The position numbers and the translations under genes are program-made. A model generated the notes under the pieces. That model searched no databases, was not told the origin of the DNA, and worked only from the letters and a program-made list of their open reading frames with translations. A stretch of 63,806 nucleotides of DNA, filler included, from Octopus bimaculoides (taxonomy: Eukaryota): assembly GCF_001194135.2 (NCBI RefSeq). It is 5 parts of 5 records of this genome, joined end to end, with 100 filler letters (N's around TTAATTAATTAA, not from the genome) between each part and the next. Parts side by side here need not be neighbours in the genome. Positions count along the whole stretch, not along the records: positions 10,584 to 27,451 come from NC_069001.1; positions 27,552 to 49,421 come from NC_068985.1; 3 more parts are not named here. One strand, written 5' to 3'. Each line of letters begins with the position of its first letter. The stretch's first letter is position 1. Shown piece after piece: positions 26,510-38,624 of the stretch.

Positions 26510-26945
26510 AGTAGTAAATATCATCGTTATCGTCATCGCTGTCATCATCAGCATTGTCGTCATCTTCATCATCACCTGTTGTCATCGTCATCATTATCAT
26601 CATCATCGTCATCGTCGTCGTCATCGTCGTCATCATCTTCATCACTGTTGTTGTCATCATTTTCATTGTCGTCGAGGTCATGACCGTCATCACTATTGTT
26701 GTTGTCATCATCGTCGTTGTCATCATCATCATTGTCATCGTCATCATCATCCTCATCATCATTATCATCATCATCATCATCATCACTGTTATGTGATCAT
26801 CATCATCTTCATCATCATCACAATCATCATCATCATCACAATCATTATCGTCATCATCATCATCAACTTTATCATCATCATTATCATCATCAGAATCATC
26901 ATTGTCATCATCATCGTCATCTTCATCATCATCAGCAGCTAGAGC
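26510..26945. repeat. (CAT)n/(CGT)n trinucleotide field
   Basis: Direct inspection. Confidence 0.9.
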
Positions 26946-27419
26946 ATTGTTTCAATATCCACTTTTCCATGCTTGCATGAATCAAACATAATTTATTGAG
27001 CAAAATCTTCTACAACCAGATGCTCTTCCTGTCACCAATCCTCACCACTTTCCAAATGATGTAATAATCCTTTTAGTTTATCAAATAACAAACAACCCAG
27101 GCATAGTTACAAATCGTTATATAAATTTAATATCAGTGGGTTTCATGAAAAATTTTTGCTTTGCTAATATGAAACACTATCTTTATTCTTTTAACTTTTA
27201 TTCATTGCAGTCATTGGGCTGTGGCCAAGCTGGGGCACCACCTCGGAAGGTTTTAATCAAACAAATTGAACCCAGTACTTATTCTTTGAGCCTGACACTA
27301 ATTCTTTTGGTCTCTCTTGTTACATGGATGTAAACAAATAAGCAGTGGCTGTCAAGCAGTGGCGGTGGGGAACAAGCACACATACACACACACACACACA
27401 CATACATACACACATACAT

Positions 27420-27451
<32 letters not shown>

Positions 27452-27551
27452 NNNNNNNNNNNNNNNNNNNNNNNNNNNNNNNNNNNNNNNNNNNNTTAAT
27501 TAATTAANNNNNNNNNNNNNNNNNNNNNNNNNNNNNNNNNNNNNNNNNNNN
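27452..27551. other. Artificial scaffold-join spacer
   Basis: 44N + TTAATTAATTAA + 44N. Confidence 0.95.
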
Positions 27552-27830
27552 TTGCGATAAGTCATTCCTGAGAGTATGAGACCTTCGGGCCATTTGACGT
27601 TGGGGAAGTTGAAATCACCCATAAGAAATATGGTCACATGGTGTTCCAGTTTCATGAGGATTTCTTTAATTCTAGTGAGGCAATCTTCAAATTTGCCTAT
27701 GTGGTTTGGAGCATCCGGTGGGCAATATGTATTGCATATGACTATATTATGTTGTCTTATGTATACAACTAGGGTGTCGCATACCGAATTTGAGTATGAC
27801 AGTAAGACCTGGGGTGTGAGGTCGTCATAT
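27552..27830 (-). mobile_element. CR1/L2-type LINE APE endonuclease fragment
   Basis: NTYCPPD...IFLMGDFNFPNVKW (YRPP and GDFN motifs). Confidence 0.85.
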
Positions 27831-27831
27831 A

Positions 27832-27865
<34 letters not shown>

Positions 27866-28275
27866 CAGGTATAAGTTAGAGGTGTTTAAAGCCTCTATTA
27901 GATACACACACACACACACACACATGGAACTCCTTATAGCTTAGGATGAATATGCATTATTAAATATTATAAATAATCTTTAATAATATGCTATGAATAT
28001 GAAAATGTCCTCACAAATGAGCATGTCAGATGCAGAAACATATATCACAATACATTAATAAATTCTAAATTCATCCTAAGCTGTAAGGAGTTCTACATTT
28101 ATAACCATCCCATAGGATTACTCAGGAAGATGGGAATAACAGGTGGTAGCCGACAAGAAGAAGCACAGGAGCTGTTTATAGTGCATTCTGAGGCATTTTC
28201 CCAAAACAAGTTAAACGATAGTGTGTGTTTGATGGTATAAACAGGAAAACCTAACTCAAAATACAAGTGTGTGTG

Positions 28276-28318
<43 letters not shown>

Positions 28319-28465
28319 ATATATTGATTATCAGTAGAAGTTACAGAGGGACTCAAGTGCTGAGAGATTTTTGCATTGGCAACACATGAAATTCAACCCT
28401 TGAATCACTCTGTGACATATGTTGCNNNNNNNNNNNNNNNNNNNNNNNNNNNNNNNNNNNNNNNN

Positions 28466-29940
28466 ATCATCGTTGTCGTTTAACGTCTGCTTTCCATGCT
28501 GGCATGGGTTGGAGAGTTTCACTGAGGACTGGCGAGCCAGAAGGCTGCACCAGGCACCAATCTGATCTGGCAAAGTTTCTACAGCTGGATGCCCTTCCTA
28601 ACGCCAACCACTCTGAAAGTGTAGTGGGTGCTTTTACGTGCCATCGGCATGAGGGTCAGTCAGGTGGTGCTGGCAATGACTACACTCAAAAGGTGTTTTT
28701 TATGTGCCACTTGCACGGGAGCCAGTTCGGTGGCACTGGCAACGACCACACTCGAATGTTGTTTACCACATGCCACTGGCACATGTGCCAGTAAGGCAAT
28801 GCTGGCAACGATCACACTTGAAAGGTGCTTTTTACGTGCCACTGGCAAGGGAGCCAATCAGCAGCCCTGGTAATGATCACACTTGGATGGTGCTTTTAAC
28901 GTTCCACTGGCACAAGTGCCAATCAAGCGGTACTATCATTGGCCATGTCAGCGAATTTGATTTCACTTGCCTCAACAGGTCTTCGCCAACCAAGTCTATT
29001 GTCCAATGAATGAAGGGTACTCATAAGTGGGCTCACTATACACCACTGGCATAGGCCACAGGTTATGGTCTCACTTGGCTTGTTGAGTCTTCTCAAGCAC
29101 AGCATATCTCCAAAGGTCTTGGTCACTAGTCATTGCCTCGGTGAGGCCCAGCATTCGAAGGTCATGCTTCACCACCTCATCCTAGGTCTTCATGGGTCTA
29201 CCTCTTCCACAGGTTCCCTCAACTGCTAGGGTGTGACACTTTTTCACACAGCTGTCCTCATCCATTCGCAACACATGACCATACCAGTACAGTCATCTCT
29301 CTTGCACACCACATCTGATGCTTCTTAAGTCCAACTTTTCTCTCAAGGTACTTACACTCTGTCATGTATGCACACTGATATTACACATCCAGCAGACCAT
29401 ACTGGCTTCATTCCTTGCAAGCTTACGCATGTCCTCAGCAGTCATGGCCCATGTTTCACTGCCATGTAGCATGGCTGTTCATACACATGTGTCACACAGT
29501 CTACCTTTTACTCTGAGCGAGAGGCCCTTTGTCACCAGCAGAAGTAGGAGCTCTCTGAACTTTGCCCAGGCTATTCTTATTCTAGCAGCTACACTCTCAG
29601 AGCATCCACCCCCACTACTGACTTGGTCACCTAGGTAATGGAAACTATCAACTACTTGTAGTTTTTCTCTCTGGAATGTAACAGAAGCTGTTCTCTGCAC
29701 ATTTTCAGTATTTATGGCTCCTGAGCATTTGCCACATACAAAAACTATCTTCCCAGTTAGCCTTCCTTTGATATGACTGCACTTCTTATGTGTACACTGG
29801 GTACATCTTATGGAGTTTCTACCTACGCCTTTTCTACAGATCAAGCAGGGCCATCAACCTGAAGGGATTTGTGGTTTGTCTGCCTTCCTACTTATTAAGA
29901 CTTTGGTTTTAGCTAGGTTGACTCTAAGGTCCTTCGATTC
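28466..29940 (-). mobile_element. RTE-clade LINE 3' portion
   Basis: ORF 29479-29844 (...VVDSFHYLGDQVSSGGGCSESVAARIRIAWAKFREL...). 3' UTR with roughly 60-bp tandem units. Tail matches the 35855-38208 family. Confidence 0.93.
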
Positions 29941-30535
29941 ATACATACATACATATNNNNNNNNNNNNNNNNNNNNNNNNNNNNNNNNNNNNNNNNNNNN
30001 NNNNNNNNNNNNNNNNNNNNNNNNNNNNNNNNNNNNNNNNNNNNNNNNNNNNNNNNNNNNNNNNNNNNNNNNNNNNNNNNNNNNNNNNNNNNNNNNNNNN
30101 NNNNNNNNNNNNNNNNNNNNNNNNNNNNNNNNNNNNNNNNNNNNNNNNNNNNNNNNNNNNNNNNNNNNNNNNNNNNNNNNNNNNNNNNNNNNNNNNNNNN
30201 NNNNNNNNNNNNNNNNNNNNNNNNNNNNNNNNNNNNNNNNNNNNNNNNNNNNNNNNNNNNNNNNNNNNNNNNNNNNNNNNNNNNNNNNNNNNNNNNNNNN
30301 NNNNNNNNNNNNNNNNNNNNNNNNNNNNNNNNNNNNNNNNNNNNNNNNNNNNNNNNNNNNNNNNNNNNNNNNNNNNNNNNNNNNNNNNNNNNNNNNNNNN
30401 NNNNNNNNNNNNNNNNNNNNNNNNNNNNNNNNNNNNNNNNNNNNNNNNNNNNNNNNNNNNNNNNNNNNNNNNNNNNNNNNNNNNNNNNNNNNNNNNNNNN
30501 NNNNNNNNNNNNNNNNNNNNNNNNNNNNNNNNNNN

Positions 30536-30592
<57 letters not shown>

Positions 30593-30971
30593 TAACACAT
30601 ATACATCACACACAAGTATATACATTCTGATATCCACATCACACAACTACACAGCTATATATATATATATTTTGATGTACATAGCCCACAGCTAGAAATA
30701 TTTGACTATTACCTCACATCTACACAGAACTTTACTGATAAAGACAAACCAAAATTATTTCAGTCAGGCCAGATCAATTTTATGTATCATAGTGGTCAGT
30801 TCATGTAACCTAAGTAATGTCCAGTAAACCATTGGAGATTTGTGATCATTGAAGATATATTCACATAGAAATTATAACTAAATACACTTTCTTTGGATTA
30901 AATAAGTTTGGAACACTACAAACTTACATAACACTCATTAATGGTAAAAGCTTATCACATACACTTCTTAC

Positions 30972-31178
30972 TTCGTTTTATTTTTAGAATAAAACTGTCA
31001 TAATTACAAACCTGTTGCCGCCTCAGTTCCATTTTCACAGAAGGGTCATGTTGTTGTTTCGAATTATCTAATCCTAAATTAGAGAAAATCCTTTTAGGGA
31101 CCAACTCTTTCTTAAGCATATTTTGCAACACAGTTTCCAGTGCTTCATCTTCATTGAAATCCAAATGTGAGTCTGTTT
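30972..31178 (-). CDS. Probable pro-region exon of the serine protease
   Basis: Acceptor ttgtgtctttcag, donor gtaaga. 207 nt, phase 1-1, open: TDSHLDFNEDEALETVLQNMLKKELVPKRIFSNLGLDNSKQQHDPSVKMELRRQQVCNYDSFILKIKR. Joins in frame to the activation-site exon. An alternative donor exists at CAG|gtttgt. Confidence 0.7.
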
Positions 31179-31519
31179 CTGAAAGACACAACAAAAAATA
31201 TTTATATATTTACACCATGGAAAAGTATGAAGTCAGTACAATTGCAATAAAGATTAGCTATGGATACCTAGAAAGGTATTTGAAAATACTGTCCCTCTCT
31301 CTTTGAGTTTCCTATCACCTACACACACACACACAAATAATGAAGATGCATTATAAATAATTTATGTAGGTTACATGTGTTACAAACAGTCTAGCACAAA
31401 TGCAACTGCTGCAGATTGTGGTATGTACATTCAATTGATCCTTCATTTGATTGATTGATTAGCCAGAGAACAGAGCAGCTGGTTACCAAGTTACTCTTCT
31501 CAAAGTTAATATATACATA

Positions 31520-32762
31520 CAGGGATTGGACAAAATAAAGGAAACACCTTAACATTTCAAACAAATTTATTTTAATATGGGGTAGCTTGAATTCTACAAA
31601 GTATGGACTCGTACAAAGTTTGAATTGTTTCCAAAGGAATTTTTGACCATTCTTCAACTGAAACAGTCTCCAGTTCTTGTAGTGATGATGGTGGAGGATA
31701 TCGACTCCTTACTTGTTTTTCTAAAATGCACCATAAATGTTCAATAATATTGAGATCTGGAGAATGTGGTAGCCAGATATGATGTTCAACTTCACTAGAA
31801 TGTTCCTTGTGCCATTCAGTAAAAACTTTAACTGTGTGAATTAGTGCATTATCATCCTGAAATATTGCGTTTCCCTCCAGAAACAGTTCCACAACCATAG
31901 GATGAATTTGATCAGATAAAATGCTTAAATAGTCTTTACTAATTCTGCCATGAATGGAAACCATTGGGCCAGCAGATTTCCAAGATATAGCCCCCCCCAG
32001 ATCATCACAGATCCTCCTCCATGTTTAACAGTTAGAAGAAGGTAGTCTGAGTCAAATGCTTCTTTTGGCTGTCTCCAGTGGTCGGAAATAAGGTAAAGGA
32101 TGACTTGTCCGAGAAAATAACATTCTTCCACTGTTCTAGGGACCAATTCTATAGGTTTTTACTCTACTCTAAATGCTTTGCAACATTTGTTTTTGAAAGT
32201 AGTGGTTTTCTGATTGCAGCTCTCCTGTGAAATGCAGCTTTGTGCAGCTCCTGGCGAACAGTTTTTGTGGAAACTGTGTTCTTGAGGNNNNNNNNNNNNN
32301 NNNNNNNNNNNNNNNNNNNNNNNNNNNNNNNNNNNNNNNNNNNNNNNNNNNNNNNNNNNNNNNNNNNNNNNNNNNNNNNNNNNNNNNNNNNNNNNNNNNN
32401 NNNNNNNNNNNNNNNNNNNNNNNNNNNNNNNNNNNNNNNNNNNNNNNNNNNNNNNNNNNNNNNNNNNNNNNNNNNNNNNNNNNNNNNNNNNNNNNNNNNN
32501 NNNNNNNNNNNNNNNNNNNNNNNNNNNNNNNNNNNNNNNNNNNNNNNNNNNNNNNNNNNNNNNNNNNNNNNNNNNNNNNNNNNNNNNNNNNNNNNNNNNN
32601 NNNNNNNNNNNNNNNGAAACAGCAATTTTAGCAAAACATATTAAGCAACACTAATAATAAATCAAAAAACATAAAAATAAACAAGCTTTTGACAGTTTTA
32701 TAGATATTTCAAAATTATGATGCTGTGATGCTAGGTGTTCCCATTATTTTGTCCAACCCCTG
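31520..32762 (-). mobile_element. Tc1-like DNA transposon with DD36E spacing, defective
   Basis: TA-flanked TIRs CAGGG(A/G)TTGGACAAAATAA.GG.AACACCT at both ends. Transposase motifs VIFSDK, TVKHGGGSVMIWG, FQDDNA and SPDLNIIEHLW. Frameshifts, deletions and an internal N gap. Confidence 0.93.
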
Positions 32763-33189
32763 TACACACACACACACACACACATACACGTATATATTAT
32801 TATCACCATTGTCACTTTAACATCTACTTTTCCATGCTTGCATGGAGCAGGTAGATTGTTTAGAACGTTGAGGTAGATTTTCTTAGCCCTTCTTGTAGCC
32901 AACCCCCACATCTCCAGATGACATAATAATACCCCAGTCTGTTGAACACCTAACAGCCTGGATGTGTTTTATGCTTGGAACTGGAAACAAACAATGCTTT
33001 TTTAAGAACCTTTTGTGTAACTTGTCAAAACATGTCAGGAAGTCTGGATATCCTTTGATAGTGGACTGCAAGCCAATGACATGGTCAAGAAGCTTTTGTA
33101 TATAAACCAGCAAACACGAAGAAAACAAAAACATACACATGCATACATACATATATATATAGAAGCACACACACACACACTTCTCTGAC

Positions 33190-33665
33190 ACATTCTAACC
33201 TTTCATCATCTGATACTGGATCACCTTGTCCAATGCACCCTCCATTATAGTAATATACCTGTTTCTGCCTCTCTATCTTTTTGTCACTCTCTAGCCTTTC
33301 ATCCTCTGACAAGAGTTCCTCGCCTCAAATGCCCCTACCCCTCTCATAATTTCTTGTCTTGCAAGTTACGTGGTAACCCTACCAGTGCTGGTGCCACATA
33401 AAAAGCATCTAGTCCACACTGTAAAGTGGTTGGCATTTGGAAGGGCATCCAGCTGTAAAAGTCATGCCAAAACTAACCTCGCCTGTGCTAATGCCACATA
33501 AATAGCACTGAGTTCACCCTGCTGTGTGGTTGATATTAGGAAGGGCATCCAACCATAAAAACCCTGCCAAAACAGAATCAGTAGCATAGGGTAGATTTTC
33601 TACTTGGCCAGCTCCTGTGAACTGCCCTACCCATGCATGAATGGAAGATGATGATGATGATGATA
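33190..33665 (+). mobile_element. RTE LINE 3' UTR fragment
   Basis: Colinear with 39830-40150 and ends in (GAT)n. Confidence 0.75.
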
Positions 33666-33680
33666 TATATATATATATAT

Positions 33681-34193
33681 AGGCGCAGGAGTGGCTGTGT
33701 GGTAAGTAGCTTGCTTACCAGCTACATGGTTCCGGGTTCAGTCCCACTGCGTGGCACCTTGGGCAAGTGTCTTCTACTATAGCCTCGGGTCGACCAAAGC
33801 CTTGTGAGTGAATTTGGTAGACGGAAACTGAAAGAAGCCCATTGTATATATTGTATATATATANNNNNNNNNNNNNNNNNNNNNNNNNNNNNNNNNNNNN
33901 NNNNNNNNNNNNNNNNNNNNNNNNNNNNNNNNNNNNNNNNNNNNNNNNNNNNNNNNTATATGTATGTGTGTGTGTGCGTTTGTGTGTCTGTGCTTGTCCC
34001 CCAACATCGCTTGACAACTGATGGTGGTGTGTTTACGTCCCCGTAACTTAGCGGTTCGGCAAAAGAGGCCGATAGAATAAGTACTAAGCTTCCAAAGAAT
34101 AAGTCCTGGGGTCGATTTGCTCGACTAAACGCGGTGCTCCAGCATGGCTGCAGTCAAATGACTGAAACAAGTAAAAGAGTAAAAGAGTAAAGA
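33681..34193 (+). mobile_element. Full-length tRNA-derived SINE, same family
   Basis: Head aggcgcaggagtggctgtgtggtaag, tail gtaaaagagtaaaagagtaaagag. Internal gap in the microsatellite. Confidence 0.92.
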
Positions 34194-34289
34194 GTATATA
34201 TATGAAATACAACCTGCCTTGAATGGCACAACATTGTAGAGTGGACTATAATAACTGGCACAACAATACAGAGTGGACTATAATAACTG

Positions 34290-34595
34290 CACGTATAATG
34301 CATAACTTAGAAGCAGCGCTGCGGATGTGCCAACACACATGTGCTTGAGACATGGCTGCCCTCACGCACTTCTCATGAGGAATTCTGGACGGAGCTTCAT
34401 TAGACCACTGCAGCAATTATAGTAGCAATTCGATCAATTCCTAGCGATATCTGAAGGAATTTTTATATTCCAAAATATTATATCAGACTATGAATAATTA
34501 AATTATAATACTCTGTATTGTTGTGCCATTCAAGACATGTTATATTTCACAAACAATACACAATGCTTCAAGTGAACTACAATACTCTCCTATAT
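34290..34595 (+). mobile_element. Penelope-like element 3' end
   Basis: LETW...LMRNSG resembles the GIY-YIG C-terminal LESW...MNRDSG. Followed by a hammerhead-like motif and a tail shared with 47270-47480. Confidence 0.55.
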
Positions 34596-35691
34596 ATATC
34601 AGTTCAGTGATGGTCTGCACTTGGGCAGGTCCTATGCATGTTAACCTTCTTCAGTACTCTCTATGTGACCTGGGTGGGACCATACTCTCTCCTGCTACCA
34701 TTAAGTACATTACTGGGACTACAACCATCCAGGATTAGACTTGGGATGAATACTGGAGTGATTTCCCATTGCCTTCTCCAGACAGTTGAAATTTGAACTC
34801 AGAATGTAGAAAACTAGAAGGTATACCTACAAAGCCAATGCGCCAATGATACTGACACTTTCTGACCCACTAGAGAAACATGAAATGAAGTGTTTTGCTG
34901 AAAAACACATGCTGCCCAATCTGGGAATCAAACTCACAATCTAGTGATCATTCATGAGAGCAACACTCTTACTAGGTCATGCTTCTTTCAGTTTCCATCT
35001 CCCAAATCTACTCATAAGGTTTTGCTCAGCCTAGGGCTGCTGGGTATGGTGTTGGTGCTAGGATAAAATTCATCCAGTACACTCTGTAAAGTGATATGTA
35101 TTAGGAAGGGCATCCAGCAGTAGAAGCCGTGCCATAAATGGAATGTAGAAGTGAGATGTGGTCCTCTGATCCACTGAGGACACAAACCCCAAATAAGAAC
35201 ACACTAGAATTGTGATAATCTATCAGCATTGCAAAGTAAACATAAAATAATGATGAGGACAATGATGATGATAATGTTTGTGAGCCTTGTGACAAGTCCA
35301 GTCCGGGGACCGTTTGCTTTCAGTATTTCACAATAACATCATTCACTCCAGTCTATCCTTGAATAAACTCATTTTGGATATATTTCTGCAATGATATTCC
35401 TAGCATGGATTTTCCTATAGCTCTCCGTGTCATAGCCACTAATTGATCTTCTGTCTTCCTAGAAGCCCATATCTCAGTTACATATGAGAGTGAAGACAGA
35501 ACAGTGCTGCTGAAGAGATCAGCACATGAGGAAATGGATATTTGAAAGAGGGGGAAAAACACTTTTGTTGTGGAAAGAGTCAAATACTATTTCGCTTTAT
35601 ATGTAGGGTGATAGAGAAGAGCTGTAAAATAAATATATAAAATAAATTAAGTAGAAATGAAGTACATAGAAAAATGAACAATGATCATTAC

Positions 35692-35820
35692 CGTAATCCA
35701 AGTAATCTTTACACGGTACCTCTTCCAGTTCCTTATTATCTACGACATATAGGTTGTCCTTGTCAGCCAAATTAGAGTCATAAAGGCTTTTCTGGACCCA
35801 GTCATTCAGTAAATCTTCAG
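35692..35820 (-). CDS. Probable pro-region exon of the serine protease
   Basis: Acceptor ttgtatattgcag, donor gtaatg. 129 nt, phase 1-1, open: EDLLNDWVQKSLYDSNLADKDNLYVVDNKELEEVPCKDYLDY. Confidence 0.65.
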
Positions 35821-35854
35821 CTGCAATATACAATAGCAATTACACTTTTAAAAA

Positions 35855-38208
35855 ACAACCACAGATAGCCAGAAGGGAAGCTAGGAGACAGATATTTCTA
35901 GCCAAGGGAGAAGCAGTAAAGAAGTTTGCCTATGTTCAGTGATGTGAGGACCAAAGACTTGAAGTGTTTCAAATTGCAAGAGAGTGTGTGAGAGAGAATT
36001 GTGATGCCATAAGAGAGAAATGTGTCCACATGGATGATGGTAAACTTGCATTTAATGAGTCTGCAAAGAAAGAGACTTGGAAATGCCATTATGAAAGACT
36101 GCTGAACATGGAGAATGAACGAGAGGAAGAGAGTCTGCCAAATGTTGACCCAATTGAGGGACCAGCTATCCGAATCAACAGAACCTTGGTAGATAAAGCA
36201 ATTAAGGATATGTGGACAGAGAAAGCCCCCAGTCCATTAGAAATCACCACTGAGATGCTTAAAATATCTGGCGGTGTGGGTTATGGTCTAATCACCCATA
36301 TTGTAAATCAGGTGGTTCATGAAGGAGTCATACCCAATGACTTGTGTAGCAGCACGATAGTCAACAAAGGTAATGGTGATGCTTGAGATAGAAATAATTA
36401 CAGAGGTATCAAATTGTTGGATCAGGTGATGAAAGTTATGGAGAGGGTCATAGCCCAACTAATTAGGGAGAGAGTTATTTTAGATGAGGTGCAATTTGGT
36501 TTTGTGCCAGGGAGAAGCACCACTGATGCAATATTTCTGGTAAGGCAGCTGCTGGAGAAATACATAGCCAAATATAAACCTCTGTACTTGGCTTTTGTTG
36601 ATTTGGAGAAAGCCTTTAGCAGGATCCCCTGATCCCTTATCTGGTGGTCAATGTGGTAACTAGGGATAGAGGAATAGTTGGTGAGAGCTGTACAAGCTAT
36701 GTGCAGGGACACTACCAGTAAGGTGAGAGTTGGCAACAAGTATAGCGAAGAATTTAGGGTACAAGTAAGGGTTCGCCAAGGATCAGTCTTCAGCCCCCTC
36801 TTGTTCATCATAGTCCTCCAGGTAATAACAGAGGAATTTAAGACAGGCTACCCCTGGGAGCTCCTCTATGCTGATGACCTTGATCTTATAGCTGAATCAC
36901 TACCAGAACTAAAGAAGTTTCAGGTATGCAAGCAAGGTCTAGAATTGAAGCACCTTAGAGTTAATCTAGCAAAAACCAAAGTCTTAATAAGTAGGAAGAC
37001 AGACAAATCACAAATCCCTTCAATCCCTGCTTGATCTGTAAAAAAAGGCATAGGTAGAAACTCCATAAGATGTACCCGGTGTAAGCTATAGACACATAAG
37101 AGGTGCAGCAGCATCAAAGGAAGGTTAACAGGGAAAAAAATTTTTTTGTGTGGAAGATGCACAGGTACAAAAAACACAAAATGTACAGAAAATAGACTCC
37201 ATCAACTGCCAGTGGGTAATCTAGAAGTAGTAGATAGTTTCCATTATATAAGTGACCAAGTTAGTAGTGGAGGTGGATACTCCAAGCTGTGAGTATAAGA
37301 TTAGGCTGGGCAAAATTCAGAAAGCTCCTACTTCTGCTGGCTACAAAAGGACTCTCCCTCAGAGTAAAAAGCAGATTGTATGATGACTGTGTGCGAATAG
37401 CTATGCTACACAGCAGTGCAAAATGGGCTGTGATAGCTGAGGACATGCATAGGCTTGAAAGAAATGAAGCCAGTATGTTTCGCTAGATGTGCAATATCAG
37501 TGTGTGTGTCTGACAGAGTGTAAGCATCCTGAGAGAAAAGTTGGGCATAAGAGGCATCATATGTGATGCATATGGACAAGGACAGTTGTGTAAAGAAGTG
37601 CTGATCTCTAACTGTGGAGGGAACCTGTGGTAGAGATAGATGCAGGAAGACATGGGACGAGGTTGTGAAGCATGATCTTTGAACTTTGGGCCTCACAGAG
37701 GTAATGAGTAGTGACCAAGACCTTTGGCGATATTCTGTGCTTGAGAAGACCCATCAAGCCAAGTGAAATCATAGACGTAGCTGGTGCTGGTGTCACATAA
37801 CTGACATCTGCGCTGGTGGCACATAAAAAGCACCTTTCAAATGTTGGGCCTCATGGAGACAAAGTGGCTGATGTTGGTGGCACATGAAAATCTCCTTTCA
37901 AGTGTTGGACGTCATGGGGGAAATAACTGAGACCATTGGCATTATGTCATGCTTGAGAAGACCCGTCAAGCCAAGTAAAATTGCAGTCAATACTGGTGTC
38001 ATACAAATGGCACCTATGCTGGTGGCATGTAAAAGCACCCATTACACTCTCGTAGTGGTTGGCGTTAGGAAGGGCATCCAACTGTAGAAACCATGCCAAA
38101 TCAGAGTGGAGTCTTGTGCAGCCTTCCAGCTTGCCAGCCCTGGTCAACCCATCCAACCCATGCCAGCATGGATAACAGATGTTAAATGATGATGATGATG
38201 AAGATGAT
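35855..38208 (+). mobile_element. RTE-clade LINE, 5'-truncated and frameshifted
   Basis: RT motifs QFGFVPGRSTTDAIF, AFVDLEKAF, VRQGSVFSPLLF and LLYADD. Cys-rich insert, 3' UTR repeats and (GAT)n tail. Confidence 0.95.
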
Positions 38209-38624
38209 AACAAAACACAATCAATTAAACAAATATACTAATTAAAAATTTATAATGTTTTCTTCACTAATACAAAAATCTAAAACTTAGCCCTCTCACA
38301 CAAGCAAGTATGACCTGGAAGATGGTACGATGCTTTCACTAATTTTTTTAGGTGCTTATATAGTGATGAGCAGACATAGACATCCTCTTGACCCAGCAGT
38401 GCAGCTGAAGGGGAAGAAGACTACATCAACACAACACTGGCAGATTTGTGTAACATGAAATATATTGCCTTGCTCAAGAACACAACACACTGCCTGGTAC
38501 AGGAATTGAAATCATGACATTATAAACCCAAACACCCTAACCACTCGACCATGTATCTTCACTAATGAATGAATGAGTGAATGGATGGATGGGTGGGTGT
38601 GTGGATGGATGGATTGATTGATTC

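Noticed and set aside
26508-26980. Poly-Met, poly-Ser and poly-His ORFs
   Set aside because: These are translations of a (CAT)n trinucleotide field with no splice support.
28600-28940. Regularly spaced repeats of about 60 bp resembling a CRISPR array
   Set aside because: Whole units are degenerate tandem copies with no unique spacers, they lie within an RTE 3' UTR, and the context is eukaryotic.
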